Virus record (IMG/VR): IMGVR_UViG_2579779024_000005
Source: a virus
Lineage: Duplodnaviria > Heunggongvirae > Uroviricota > Caudoviricetes
Length of the DNA stretch: 51,634 nt
Reading direction: 5' to 3' (one strand)
Numbering within the stretch: the stretch's first letter is position 1; each line of letters opens with the position of its first letter. Position numbers and translations under genes: made by a program. This document shows positions 10,801 through 20,287 of this stretch, one piece after another. The notes beneath the pieces were generated by a model that was given only the letters and a program-made list of their open reading frames with translations, was not told the DNA's origin and ran no database searches.

Positions 10801-11343
10801 CATCCGGATGTTAAAGGGCCGGGGAGGCAGATTATCCAGAATCACCGAGGCCAGGAACTGTGAGGTGGTCTTGCCGTTAATGGTGACGTCCTTTTCTGTC
10901 ACCCAGTTACCGTTACGCTGTAACTGAATCAGCAGGCGGACGGATGCCGGGTTACGGTCACCCTTTGAGGTGGTCTCCACCAGTGACTGCACCCCGAAGG
11001 TAACCCGCAGGCGGTCAATGTTCGCGGACGTAATGGTGCGCGTCACCGGTTTTGCCTTCGTCACTTCCACGCCCAGTCCGGTTTCAGCTCCGGAGGACTC
11101 AAAGCCTTCCGGTGGTGTCTGCTCCTGCTCCCCGGCGCGCCAGACCGCCGTCACACCGTGTATCACGGGATTGCCGTCCGTGTCCGTCAGTGGGGTTTTG
11201 TTCACCAGAATACTCTGCAGTCCCTTCACCGGACCTTCTATCGGTCCCTCACCAATCGCATCAATCACGCTCATCATCTGCGTGGATTTGAGATTATCCT
11301 TCGCCTCACGAGGCGTGTGTGCCTTACCGCCACCTTTTCCCAT
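7870..11343 (-). CDS. J: Tail tip / host specificity protein J
   Basis: 1157 aa; [25 protein letters not shown]... is a lambda-J-like N-terminus; sits between I and lom. Confidence 0.9.
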
Positions 11344-11447
11344 ACAGCCTTCCCCTGAATAAATTAACCGCCACTTGCCATTCCGTACAGAAGTCGGATA
11401 TCCTTCGCCCGAAAAGCATGAAACACATTTCTGCCATGCTAAAGAGA

Positions 11448-11481
11448 AACCCCGGTATCAGCAGATACCGGGGTTTTCTTT
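11448..11481. terminator. Strong hairpin (12-bp perfect stem) in the I-J intergenic insert
   Basis: aaccccggtatc-agca-gataccggggtt followed by ttttctttc on plus; the reverse complement also carries a T-rich tail. Confidence 0.4.
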
Positions 11482-11548
11482 CATGCCCACCGATAATCCT
11501 GTTGGTTAAAACCGGTAATGGCATAAAAATTCTGAATATCTTCACATT

Positions 11549-11576
11549 TTCACACACTGACTGTGGCGCTTATAAT
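11549..11576 (+). promoter_or_regulatory. Candidate sigma70 promoter on the plus strand, antisense to the tail operon
   Basis: TTCACA-16 bp-TATAAT. Confidence 0.35.
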
Positions 11577-11582
11577 TTCGCT

Positions 11583-11682
11583 GCGTTAGTGTTTTTTTGC
11601 CCGAGTAACAAAAACAACTCCTTAACATTGATCTTCATTTGTCTGTCCCCGCAGCTCCGCGATCACTGCGGGATTTTTTTAT
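11583..11682 (+). ncRNA. Candidate ~100-nt small RNA (promoter to intrinsic terminator) in the I-J intergenic region
   Basis: No ORF; ends in a cccgcag...ctgcggg hairpin plus T7 run at 11648-11680. Confidence 0.3.
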
Positions 11683-11685
11683 GTT

Positions 11686-12366
11686 TTATCCCTGTCGCCC
11701 GATAACCACGACCGTTCCGCCCCCGCCTTCATCACGGGTGCTGATGTCCTGGGATATACGGCGGGAGCCAACCAGCATTTCCCCGTAAGGCACCGGCATC
11801 GGGTTCCCCTGGGCAATCATGTTATCCAGCGAGGAAAAGTACGTGTTCTGTCTGCCGTTATCCGTTGCGCGGTAATCCGGTGTTTTTGCCTTCGGGGCCA
11901 GCATCTGGGCCACACCGCCCAGAATCATGCTGGCTCCAAGTGAAAACAGCATCGTGGTGGCAGAAAAACCACCGGCTGCCAGGGCTGAACCCCATAACGC
12001 CATTGATGCCCCGGCAGTGAAGAAAGAGCCCACGATGGCTGCCGCCCCCAGCACAATCTGCAGTCCACCCTTTCCGGCCCCGGCCAGTCGCGGCACAATA
12101 TGGATGACCGTTCCCTCACCCAGCTGTTCGTGAAGACGGGCGTACACCGCCTCCGGTGCCGTGTCATAACCGGCAATACGTATCTGGTACCAGCCTTCGT
12201 TCATCTGACGGCGAAAGCCCGGCACCTGTAACGACAGCGCCCGGATGGCTTCCGCTGCCGTGTTCACATACAGGCTGAGGCGGCGGCCAAATCGTTGTAA
12301 ATCCCCGTGAAGGCAGATGCGTGCCAGTGGCGGTGACGCCAGACAGAATGCGTTCGTCGTTGCCAT
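11686..12366 (-). CDS. I: Tail assembly protein I
   Basis: 226 aa; ...ARICLHGDLQRFGRR...WYQIRIAG... is lambda-I-like. Confidence 0.85.
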   Translation of the reverse strand: MATTNAFCLASPPLARICLHGDLQRFGRRLSLYVNTAAEAIRALSLQVPGFRRQMNEGWYQIRIAGYDTAPEAVYARLHEQLGEGTVIHIVPRLAGAGKGGLQIVLGAAAIVGSFFTAGASMALWGSALAAGGFSATTMLFSLGASMILGGVAQMLAPKAKTPDYRATDNGRQNTYFSSLDNMIAQGNPMPVPYGEMLVGSRRISQDISTRDEGGGGTVVVIGRQG

Positions 12367-13007
12367 TTTTCGGAATACCTCTCCCGTTTACTCAGTTGTT
12401 CAGGCAGATGGTGAAGCAGCTCACCGTTGCCGCAGTAAATGGCGGCATGGTTCGGTACCGAAGCACCAAAGCAGCACAGCAGAATATCGCCCGCCTGTGC
12501 AGAGGACAGGGGCACCCGGTAAAAGCCGGTGACCGCCATATTGTCCAGGTAAAGGTTCTGACCGTTGCGCCACCAGTCATCCTCGCGATGAAAATCCGGC
12601 ATTTCAGTCCCCGCCAGATGATAAGCATCCCGGAACAGCGTGTAACAGTCCGTCACCCCGTGCTCAAAGCGCCGTCCTGTCAGATGTGGCACACAGCGGA
12701 ATTTGTGAATGTCACCCCGGCAGACCAGCCACCAGGGCAGTGCGCTTTTTATCTGCAGCCGCCGGTCAGCCTCGCTCAGCCAGGGCAGCCCACCGGGATG
12801 ACTGTGGACCAGTGCCACAATCTCCCCCTGCATCTCTGCCCGCAGCCAGTCTTCCGGTGCGATACGAAAATACGCCTCCGGCTCTGCAGAAATATTCACA
12901 CAAGGGATATACCACTCCCCCTCCGACGTGCTTATCACGAAGCCGCACGACTCCGCAGGCGCACACCGCCGGGCATGCGCCAGAATCGCTGATTCAGTCT
13001 GTGTCAT
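12264..13007 (-). CDS. K: Tail assembly protein K (MPN/JAMM plus NlpC/P60)
   Basis: Starts MTQTESAILAHARRCAPAESCGFV (an internal Met of the listed 334-aa ORF); HSHP JAMM motif and Cys/His peptidase motif; the C-terminus overlaps the start of I by about 100 bp. Confidence 0.85.
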   Translation of the reverse strand: MTQTESAILAHARRCAPAESCGFVISTSEGEWYIPCVNISAEPEAYFRIAPEDWLRAEMQGEIVALVHSHPGGLPWLSEADRRLQIKSALPWWLVCRGDIHKFRCVPHLTGRRFEHGVTDCYTLFRDAYHLAGTEMPDFHREDDWWRNGQNLYLDNMAVTGFYRVPLSSAQAGDILLCCFGASVPNHAAIYCGNGELLHHLPEQLSKRERYSEKWQRRTHSVWRHRHWHASAFTGIYNDLAAASACM

Positions 13008-13017
13008 AAACCGGGAT

Positions 13018-13716
13018 TTACTGCGAAAGTTTATTAATGGAAAGGAAACCGCCAAAATTGCCGACATTCCTGCGCAGTTCACACCCGCGCATGCACTTGC
13101 TGCATCTGTCCTTACGGATATCCGTGGTGGGGTTGTCGAACTCATCCGCCACCGCAGGACCGTTATACCCGCATTCATCTCCCCGGTAATCCCACATACA
13201 GGTGTTCGCCAGCATGATGCGACCGGGAAACAGCGCCCCATCCGTCTCGGTCGGTGTAGCCAGCACAAACGAGGCCGTCATGGCTGTCAGCTGCGACATC
13301 TGCTCCACCACCCAGCGGTCACTCAGCTCCTGCTCCGGGTCCGCCTCCGGATTGCCCGCAACGAAATTCACCGCATCCAGAAAACGGGCATACACCCGGC
13401 GGCGGACCACCGTGGCCCCCACCAGACTCTGCAGGTCTTCCGCCATCCCGGTGACCAGACCGAACAGATTGGACACCGTCAGCGACGGTCTGGCACTGCT
13501 GCCCTTCCCGCTCATCTCAAAACCGCTGCCGTCAATCGGGTATGCCTGATATTGCCGCCCCTGCCAGGTGACCGGCTCCCCTTTTTCATTCAGCTCATTA
13601 CAGAAAAAATACCGCTCACCGCCCTGTACCGTCAGGTCGATTTCCCAGAGTACCACCCGCGGTGACTGCTCTGACTTAACCGACTCGTTCAGACTTTCTT
13701 CGCGAATATCCTGCAT
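13018..13716 (-). CDS. L: Minor tail protein L
   Basis: 232 aa; lambda-L-like, with a C-terminal Cys cluster (CSKCMRGC). Confidence 0.9.
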   Translation of the reverse strand: MQDIREESLNESVKSEQSPRVVLWEIDLTVQGGERYFFCNELNEKGEPVTWQGRQYQAYPIDGSGFEMSGKGSSARPSLTVSNLFGLVTGMAEDLQSLVGATVVRRRVYARFLDAVNFVAGNPEADPEQELSDRWVVEQMSQLTAMTASFVLATPTETDGALFPGRIMLANTCMWDYRGDECGYNGPAVADEFDNPTTDIRKDRCSKCMRGCELRRNVGNFGGFLSINKLSQ

Positions 13717-14057
13717 CAGTTCACCACCTGCTCAATCGTACAACTGAAATCACTGTGCCTGGCGTTATCTGTGACGCTCCACTCCCGGCACACCACCCTC
13801 ACCGTCAGGTTATGTTTCGGCGGTCGCCACAAAAAGGCACGGTAACCACCATGCCACGATAAAAATTCATCCAGCCAGCGCCGGGTTGGTTCATCCGTCA
13901 CCCGGAACACCGCCTGAAACGTCTTCAGTCTGGCATTAAGTCCCGTCGGTCGGCGCTGTTCATAACCGTCACCAAACCGAACCCTCACCACCGACGGTTT
14001 CTCACTCACCTGCATCCCTTCACGCGGGACCAGATGCAGCGTTTTTATCTCAGCCAC
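13716..14057 (-). CDS. M: Minor tail protein M
   Basis: 113 aa; ...VRVRFGDGYEQRRPTGLNARLKT... and ...EQVVN terminus are lambda-M-like. Confidence 0.85.
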   Translation of the reverse strand: MAEIKTLHLVPREGMQVSEKPSVVRVRFGDGYEQRRPTGLNARLKTFQAVFRVTDEPTRRWLDEFLSWHGGYRAFLWRPPKHNLTVRVVCREWSVTDNARHSDFSCTIEQVVN

Positions 14058-17000
14058 TCAGCATTCCTCCGTCACGTCGCATGGACAGCATCACCGCCTG
14101 CACCCGCTGGTCAATCAGCTGCACAAGACTGCCTGCCGCCTCCGCCCCTATCTGTCCGTTAGCCCCGTCATTCTGAATGGCGATGTGGTAGACCGGGGAA
14201 TACACCAGACCGGCACTGCCGTTCATACTGCCCACCGCGCGTACGCCCAGCGAGCCATCCGCCGCCCGGGTCAGGGGCATAATGGCTTCAGGTCCGGCTT
14301 CCCCCATCAGCCCGGCCCCTTTTGCAAACGCAAAGTACGTGGGCGTGTCCACAATGCTGTTGCTGTACGCACTCAGGTTTGCCGAGGTATACACGCCGCC
14401 TTTTGCATTGGCCACCGCACCGCCCAGCCAGTCACCAATGCTGCCAATAAATCCTCCCGCACCGGACATACCGTTTGCCGCCGTCTTAATTCCGTTGACA
14501 ATCGCAGCATTCATAAGAACTTTTGAGATTTCCTGCAGTACGGATGAGGCCCAGTTGCGCCATTCCACTTTGTTTCCGTTCAGCATCTCCGTGATGTTAT
14601 TCACCATCCCTGAGATACCCTCCGTCGCAAGCTGTGCTGCCTGTGAGGCGTAATCGGATGCATTGTCCACCCAGTTACTGAGCCCCTCCTGCAAGCCTTT
14701 CTGCCAGTCCGCACGCTGCGCATCCGATTCGGCATAAAAGGCTGCCTGGTCCTTAAGGCGTTCGCTCAGATACTGCGCGTTCTGTGCCCGTGCCTGTCTG
14801 TAAAAATCCTCACTGATATCCCCGGTCTGATACTGAGACTGAAGGTCCGCATCCTTCTGGCGGAAGCTGTCACGGATCTGCTGCAACTCCCGCATGCGTT
14901 CCCTGGCTCGTTCTCCCTGCCCGTATCCCAGCAGTTCGGCTTCATTTGATGCACGCGCAGCCACATTATCATTCTTCAGGGTCTCTTCCCGGGATCGCAA
15001 CTGTTCCCGGATTTTTTGCTGGTCAATCAGGGCCGCGTTACGCAGCAGTTCCTGCTTCTGCATCTCCGTCAGGGTTTTCAGTTCGCCCTGCGCAGTCTGG
15101 TACTTCAGCTTCGCCAGCTCTGTATTCTGACCCGCCAGTGCCAGTTGCTCTTTCTGCTGCTTCAGTAGCCGGGAAAAACTGTCTTCCGCTTTTTCCGTCT
15201 CTGATTTTCCACCCCGGGATTTAGGTTTGTTCGCCTCGTTATTACGCCAGGCTTCCAGAGCATTACTGATATAACGCTGTCTCGCCTCCTGATACGAATC
15301 CCCCACAAAACCAAGGTCATCCGCCGCATACCCCAGCCGGGCACGCTCTTTTTCCTCCCCCTTCAGTCGGGACAGGGCCAGCTCACGTTCTGTTTTTGTC
15401 AGGGCGCTCTGCTGTTTATCATCCAGGGTGGCCTGCGGCAGCCGTAACGGTACATTCACCAGTCCCTGACGCTGCTGAAGCAGTTCATTCCCCAGCCCCA
15501 GCAGACGGTTGAATTCCGTATGCTGACCGTTCATAACCAGCATGGACTGGTACACCTTATTCTGCTCTGCCGCCTGCTGACGAATTAACGCCACACGACG
15601 GTCTTCCAGCCCGGCAAGCACATCCTGAATGGACTGCGCTTTTTCCTGCATCTGTGCCAGACGGGACTGCTCAACGGCAAGCTGCTCTGTTGCCTGAGAA
15701 AGCCCTTCCGTCACGGTCTTCACCGATGTCAGATGGTTTATCATGAATCCGTCACCGGTTGTCCAGCCAGGGTTAGCCAGAACATACTGATATCCAGCGA
15801 TTTTTTCCTGCAGGGATTTCACCCGGCTGGCCTGTTCATCAATCAGCCGGTTCTGCTCTGCCAGCGCCGCCCGTGTTCGTCCTTCATTATCTGAGGCTTC
15901 AGGCAAAGACATTGACGGCGTTTTATGCGCGATTTCATCTATCGTCAGTGCATACTGGCGCGCTGACTCCCTGGCCTGCTCCTGATTCTGGTACAGCGTA
16001 TACCATGCTGCTGCCCCCAGCATCACCAGTCCGGGTACGCCACCAACCAGTCCCAACGCACCAGTCATCAGACGTGAGCCCACCGCCGTTGTACTGTTCA
16101 GCTCATTCTGGGCTGCGGTTCTGGCAGCAATATTTCTGTTCAGGCGTTCCTGTGTGGCCGCCAGACGGGCTTCTGCAGCAATCTGCATCTCCGTCCCGCG
16201 GGCTGCCGCCACAGCCTGCTGTGCACGGTACACGGCTGCCCTTGCCCGCGCCGTGGCAATCTGCGTCCCCCTGAGCTGTGCTTCCGCCAGTGCCACTTCA
16301 TTACGTGCTGCCGTCACAAGTCCTGCCGTGGCAGACACCGCTCCGGAGGCCATATTGCCAAAGTACCGGGCAACCCCGACGGCAACCAGCGCCCCCGCGG
16401 CTGTTGCCACATTATCAATATTACCGGCAACACCGTTCAGCACGCCGGAGAGCGTTTTCGTCGCTCCGCTGGCTTCATTCGCGCCACCCACCCAGGCCAT
16501 AAAGGCGTTTTCCACCTTTGTGATCCCGTCAGAGACCGTTTCCGGCATGGCGGCATATTCATCACGCAATACCCCCAGCTGGCTGATTAACGCAGGAACG
16601 ACTTTATCCGCCGTCAGTTTGCCGTCGTCCGCCATCGCCTTAAGGTCTTTACGGGCCACGCCCATACCCGCAGCCAGTGCACGTACGATCCGGTCTCCGC
16701 TTTCATTGACCGAATTAAATTCCTCACCGCGTAACACACCCTGTGCCAGCGCCTGGCTGAACTGGGTGATCACCGAGCCCGCCTCTGCCGTACTGGCACC
16801 GGAGATTTTCAGCCCCGTGGAAATGGCCTCCGTCACCTTCAGCACATCATCAGCACTGTAACCATATTCACGCATTGAGGCTGCCGAGCGGGCAAACAGG
16901 GCCGCATTATCTGAAAATGCCGTGCCCGTCCGCTGGCTGATATCCATCAGCACTTTCTGTGATGACGAAAATTCATCGGATGACTGCGACGCCTGTTTCA

Positions 17001-17292
17001 GTCGGGCATTCACGGAACTCCATTCATCGGCCAGAGAAATCAGGTGTCCGGTGGCAAAGGCACCTGCAAATGCCCCCGCCGTTCCGGCAGCTGAAGCGCG
17101 GATTTCCGTCAACTGGCTGTTCAGCTCAGCCAGGGCGCGTCGCTGCACCCGGGCGACTGCGGCAGCCTGACGCCCGCCATTCTGCAGGGTCCGGTAATAT
17201 TCACTGCCCATGCGGGAAGCCCGCTGGATCTCCGACTGGAATGACTGCGAATTTGCCGAAATTTTGATAATCAGTTCACGTAACGTCGCCAT
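14050..17292 (-). CDS. H: Tail tape measure protein
   Basis: 1080 aa, alpha-helical and Ala/Gln-rich; positioned between G-T and M. Confidence 0.9.
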   Translation of the reverse strand: MATLRELIIKISANSQSFQSEIQRASRMGSEYYRTLQNGGRQAAAVARVQRRALAELNSQLTEIRASAAGTAGAFAGAFATGHLISLADEWSSVNARLKQASQSSDEFSSSQKVLMDISQRTGTAFSDNAALFARSAASMREYGYSADDVLKVTEAISTGLKISGASTAEAGSVITQFSQALAQGVLRGEEFNSVNESGDRIVRALAAGMGVARKDLKAMADDGKLTADKVVPALISQLGVLRDEYAAMPETVSDGITKVENAFMAWVGGANEASGATKTLSGVLNGVAGNIDNVATAAGALVAVGVARYFGNMASGAVSATAGLVTAARNEVALAEAQLRGTQIATARARAAVYRAQQAVAAARGTEMQIAAEARLAATQERLNRNIAARTAAQNELNSTTAVGSRLMTGALGLVGGVPGLVMLGAAAWYTLYQNQEQARESARQYALTIDEIAHKTPSMSLPEASDNEGRTRAALAEQNRLIDEQASRVKSLQEKIAGYQYVLANPGWTTGDGFMINHLTSVKTVTEGLSQATEQLAVEQSRLAQMQEKAQSIQDVLAGLEDRRVALIRQQAAEQNKVYQSMLVMNGQHTEFNRLLGLGNELLQQRQGLVNVPLRLPQATLDDKQQSALTKTERELALSRLKGEEKERARLGYAADDLGFVGDSYQEARQRYISNALEAWRNNEANKPKSRGGKSETEKAEDSFSRLLKQQKEQLALAGQNTELAKLKYQTAQGELKTLTEMQKQELLRNAALIDQQKIREQLRSREETLKNDNVAARASNEAELLGYGQGERARERMRELQQIRDSFRQKDADLQSQYQTGDISEDFYRQARAQNAQYLSERLKDQAAFYAESDAQRADWQKGLQEGLSNWVDNASDYASQAAQLATEGISGMVNNITEMLNGNKVEWRNWASSVLQEISKVLMNAAIVNGIKTAANGMSGAGGFIGSIGDWLGGAVANAKGGVYTSANLSAYSNSIVDTPTYFAFAKGAGLMGEAGPEAIMPLTRAADGSLGVRAVGSMNGSAGLVYSPVYHIAIQNDGANGQIGAEAAGSLVQLIDQRVQAVMLSMRRDGGMLSG

Positions 17293-17339
17293 TCACCTTT
17301 CTCCGGGCGTAAAAAAACCGCCTCAGCGGTTCTCATCAT

Positions 17340-17621
17340 TCATGACTGTGCTGCGAAGCTCAGCGCGTCTTCCAGCGCCGCAAACGGATCCACCTCCGGC
17401 TTATCCTCATCCTCGCCCCAGCAGAGCATGGCGTCCTTCAGTGCAACATTCATCCCCTGTGCCCCAAAAACCGCTTTCACGATCTGTGCATTACGGATAT
17501 CCCCGCGCTCATCACCCAGCGGGGATACCCTGTCGAACTCCATCCACATCATCGCCTCGCTCACACTCAGGCTGTGCCGCAGTTCGGATAAGGTGCGCCC
17601 CAGACGGAGCGCAAGTCGCAT
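17340..17621 (-). CDS. T: T segment of the G-T tail assembly chaperone, expressed by -1 frameshift from G
   Basis: Frame overlaps the 3' end of G; the upstream in-frame extension runs through the slippery site. Confidence 0.7.
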   Translation of the reverse strand: MRLALRLGRTLSELRHSLSVSEAMMWMEFDRVSPLGDERGDIRNAQIVKAVFGAQGMNVALKDAMLCWGEDEDKPEVDPFAALEDALSFAAQS

Positions 17622-17644
17622 CAGAAAGCGAATTTCCGGGCGGG

Positions 17645-18019
17645 CTACTTTTTTCTGGCCGACTCTGCATCAGCGATCAGTTCCAGTGCCTGACGCAGCA
17701 ACCGGGCATGTACCGGACCATAGACGGCCAGCACCTGCTCACGGTCGTCCGGAGCGAACACCCGCTGCAGATCCGTATCACACAGGACATCGCAGAACAG
17801 CGTCACATCCGCTTCTAGGTTACGGCGGGTTTTCGCCACCACCGACAGGGTATCGTCATCCTCTCCATCACCATTGAGCACTTCCTGCCACAGATACCAG
17901 GCCTCTGCCGAAGGCTCCCGCAGCACCACGCTGACATTACCCCATTCCGGCACCTTCACCGTTTTATGACGAAACCCTGACAGTCTGGCCAGCGCCAGCG
18001 TTTTCAGATCCTTTTTCAT
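17645..18019 (-). CDS. G: Tail assembly chaperone G
   Basis: Starts MKKDLKTLALARL (internal Met of the listed ORF, just after the stop of V); ends at the slippery site. Confidence 0.75.
   Translation of the reverse strand: MKKDLKTLALARLSGFRHKTVKVPEWGNVSVVLREPSAEAWYLWQEVLNGDGEDDDTLSVVAKTRRNLEADVTLFCDVLCDTDLQRVFAPDDREQVLAVYGPVHARLLRQALELIADAESARKK
17648..17654 (-). other. Programmed -1 ribosomal frameshift heptamer A_AAA_AAG at the end of G
   Basis: Minus-strand codons AGA-AAA-AAG-TAG; a -1 shift reads KKVARPEIRFL and joins the T frame. Confidence 0.65.
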
Positions 18020-18033
18020 GATGACCCATCCCC

Positions 18034-18750
18034 TTATCCGGCGGCTGCGCTCACTGTCACGGTGCATTCAACAGACGTCACACTCTGTGCTTTCTCTGCC
18101 GAATCGGTCACCACGCAGGTATATTTCCCCGCATCAGCGGACTGCGCACCTGGCTTACTGAAGGTGTCTGTCGTCTGCCCGTCAACCGGCTGACCATCCT
18201 TCTTCCAGGCGTATTTATACGGCGGCGTTCCCCCGTTGGCACTGACTGACATTGTCAGCAGCGCACCTGTATTCACGGTAAGTGTTTTATCCAGATTTTT
18301 CACAAACGCCAGCGGTACCACAAAGGACACCGGTTTGCCTTTCATACGCAGTGAAAACGTTGCTGCCACCACGCCGTTGGTACCGGATGACCAGGTGTGC
18401 TGACGCACTTCCGCCAGGAACTTAAAGCCCTTACCGGACGGAAACAGCACCTTAAACGCATACAACGCGTCATTGTCATAGGCATCACGCAGGGCGTTCT
18501 GGGCCTGATTCAGATAAAAATTACCCGACATGGAAATCTCAGACGACGCCCCCAGACCGTTGATGTTCTCCTGCTCGGTGGAGCAGAGCGTGGTCACATC
18601 AATATCCTGTTTCTGACCAGCGGTGAACTGGACTTCCTTGATGGTGCAGTCCAGGCGCAGATATTCCGCCTTATCCATAGTTTCAGCAGTCGCCGGGGCA
18701 GATGAAATCATCACCTGCGTCAGCTGTGAGCGTTCATACAAAGCAGACAT
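18034..18750 (-). CDS. V: Major tail protein V with C-terminal Ig-like domain
   Basis: 238 aa; C-terminal Big_2-like segment (...PPYKYAWKKDGQPV...GKYTCVVTD...). Confidence 0.85.
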   Translation of the reverse strand: MSALYERSQLTQVMISSAPATAETMDKAEYLRLDCTIKEVQFTAGQKQDIDVTTLCSTEQENINGLGASSEISMSGNFYLNQAQNALRDAYDNDALYAFKVLFPSGKGFKFLAEVRQHTWSSGTNGVVAATFSLRMKGKPVSFVVPLAFVKNLDKTLTVNTGALLTMSVSANGGTPPYKYAWKKDGQPVDGQTTDTFSKPGAQSADAGKYTCVVTDSAEKAQSVTSVECTVTVSAAAG

Positions 18751-18816
18751 TCTGCCTCCTGATAATAAAAAACCCGCACGCGGCGGGGTATGGGTTTTGT
18801 AGAAAAAAAGAAAAAG

Positions 18817-19161
18817 TCACACCGTGACCTGAAACTCCAGGGTTGCACGGTAACAGCGGTTTTCCGGAATATAGTCCTGCATTTCACTGACGGATCCCGG
18901 GGCCAGCAGCATTATGGCTTCACGGGCGTCCTGACGTATCTGACGCGCCTGCGTCACAGTCCCGGCATAAACGTCTATCTGCACCGACACTGAGGACTCC
19001 GCCTGCCCGCCCATCACGTCCGCAGACACCGATGAAATCAGGCTGAAAACCACCCACGGAAGCGCCACCGACGGCCTGCCATCCAGCAGGGGGACCACAT
19101 ACGGGTACACCTGCCCGCCGGCAAGATGCGCCAGATGAGGATACAAATCCGCCTCCGTCAT
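18817..19161 (-). CDS. Tail terminator / completion protein (U-like position)
   Basis: 114 aa, directly upstream of the major tail gene. Confidence 0.5.
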   Translation of the reverse strand: MTEADLYPHLAHLAGGQVYPYVVPLLDGRPSVALPWVVFSLISSVSADVMGGQAESSVSVQIDVYAGTVTQARQIRQDAREAIMLLAPGSVSEMQDYIPENRCYRATLEFQVTV

Positions 19162-19604
19162 CGTCTCAGTACCTCATCAATGGCCCGGTTCATCCGCGCA
19201 ATCGCCACCTGAGCTGCCTGTTCACTGCGCACATCAAACGCCGGGCGCACAAACGGGTGCGGTGGCATATTCACGGTCCCCATTTCCACAAACCGCCAGT
19301 AGAAAGCATTGCGCGGGTTATCCGCCTTCATGGTGTTATCGCTGTTACCGGTGTCCGGATTAACACCACGGATATGGACACCGGATTCCATCCCGCCATC
19401 GCGGGAGCGCCGGGAAAGGACCACCACATTGCGGCGCAGTTTTCCCCTGCGTACCGGTGCCCGTGACACCACTTCTTCTTTCAGCACATTCGCACCCGCA
19501 CGGGTTGCCTCACGCAGCACCCGGTTATTTTCCGCACCACTCAGAAGCTGCAAATCGCGGCTGATGTCCTCCAGCCCCGAAAAATCCAGCAGGGTTTCGA
19601 TCAT
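19158..19604 (-). CDS. Tail component protein (HK97 gp10-like position)
   Basis: 148 aa; position between head-tail adaptor and tail terminator. Confidence 0.5.
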   Translation of the reverse strand: MIETLLDFSGLEDISRDLQLLSGAENNRVLREATRAGANVLKEEVVSRAPVRRGKLRRNVVVLSRRSRDGGMESGVHIRGVNPDTGNSDNTMKADNPRNAFYWRFVEMGTVNMPPHPFVRPAFDVRSEQAAQVAIARMNRAIDEVLRR

Positions 19605-19951
19605 TTTTCCCCTCCCAGCCGACAGAGAATTTCCAGACGCCCGCCGGTCGCATCCGGCACGGGCAGCCCGACAACGTTCAGGATCCGGTCACGCCATGGA
19701 CCACTCAGCACATGAAGTCGTGACGCTGCCGTGATTTCCCGACCGGACTGACCGCGCACCCAGATGCGGATTTCCGCCTGCGCCATTTCCGCACCGGACT
19801 GCATCCGCTCCCGGCTGCTCCTGCCTCGGATATCCGCATGAATTTTCCCGCATGACACCCATTCTTCCGTCATTTCTCCGGCAGCGTTACGGGTTAACAC
19901 CGGGTTCAGAACACTTATCATCTGTGTCAGACGACCTGCAGATATTGCCAT
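19601..19951 (-). CDS. Head closure / head-tail adaptor protein
   Basis: 116 aa; position and size fit the SPP1 gp16 / HK97 gp7 class. Confidence 0.5.
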   Translation of the reverse strand: MAISAGRLTQMISVLNPVLTRNAAGEMTEEWVSCGKIHADIRGRSSRERMQSGAEMAQAEIRIWVRGQSGREITAASRLHVLSGPWRDRILNVVGLPVPDATGGRLEILCRLGGEK

Positions 19952-19960
19952 TCCCCCTCC

Positions 19961-20287
19961 TCATAACACCGTCGGACAACGCAAATCGTAAATCAGCACG
20001 GAAACAGAAAACGGCAGCTCCCCCTGAAGCAGTTCTTCCCGCTCCGCAAGATCCGGATTCCGGTACAGCATCCCGGTCAGTCGCATGGCAGCCCCCTTCA
20101 TCCGGGTTAATGCCTCGCCCGGGATCAGTTCACCGTCCTCACGGATCACTTTATCCCGGCTGCCCTGAATGTAGGCCAGCAGCACGGCGGTAGCCTGACG
20201 AACCTTGTCCATCAGCATGTCATCATCCGCGTCATGGTCGACACGCAGATGTGCCTTGATCTCTTCCAGTGTCAGTAATGCCGTCAT
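19961..20287 (-). CDS. Head-tail connector (gp6-like)
   Basis: 108 aa; MTALLTLEEIKAHLRVDHDADDDML... is a typical gp6-like connector N-terminus. Confidence 0.6.
   Translation of the reverse strand: MTALLTLEEIKAHLRVDHDADDDMLMDKVRQATAVLLAYIQGSRDKVIREDGELIPGEALTRMKGAAMRLTGMLYRNPDLAEREELLQGELPFSVSVLIYDLRCPTVL

Noticed and set aside
11319-11705. 128-aa plus-strand ORF and 77-aa minus-strand ORF spanning the I-J gap
   Set aside because: Both run straight through two strong hairpin terminators and lack RBSs; the region is better explained as non-coding regulatory or sRNA sequence.
12264-13268. 334-aa extended form of K
   Set aside because: The first 87 codons overlap the end of L and have no start context; the conserved K sequence starts at MTQTES (13007).
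14185-17267. Multiple plus-strand ORFs antisense to the tape measure gene
   Set aside because: Same reasoning; the tape measure frame is continuous and the antisense ORFs are compositionally biased.
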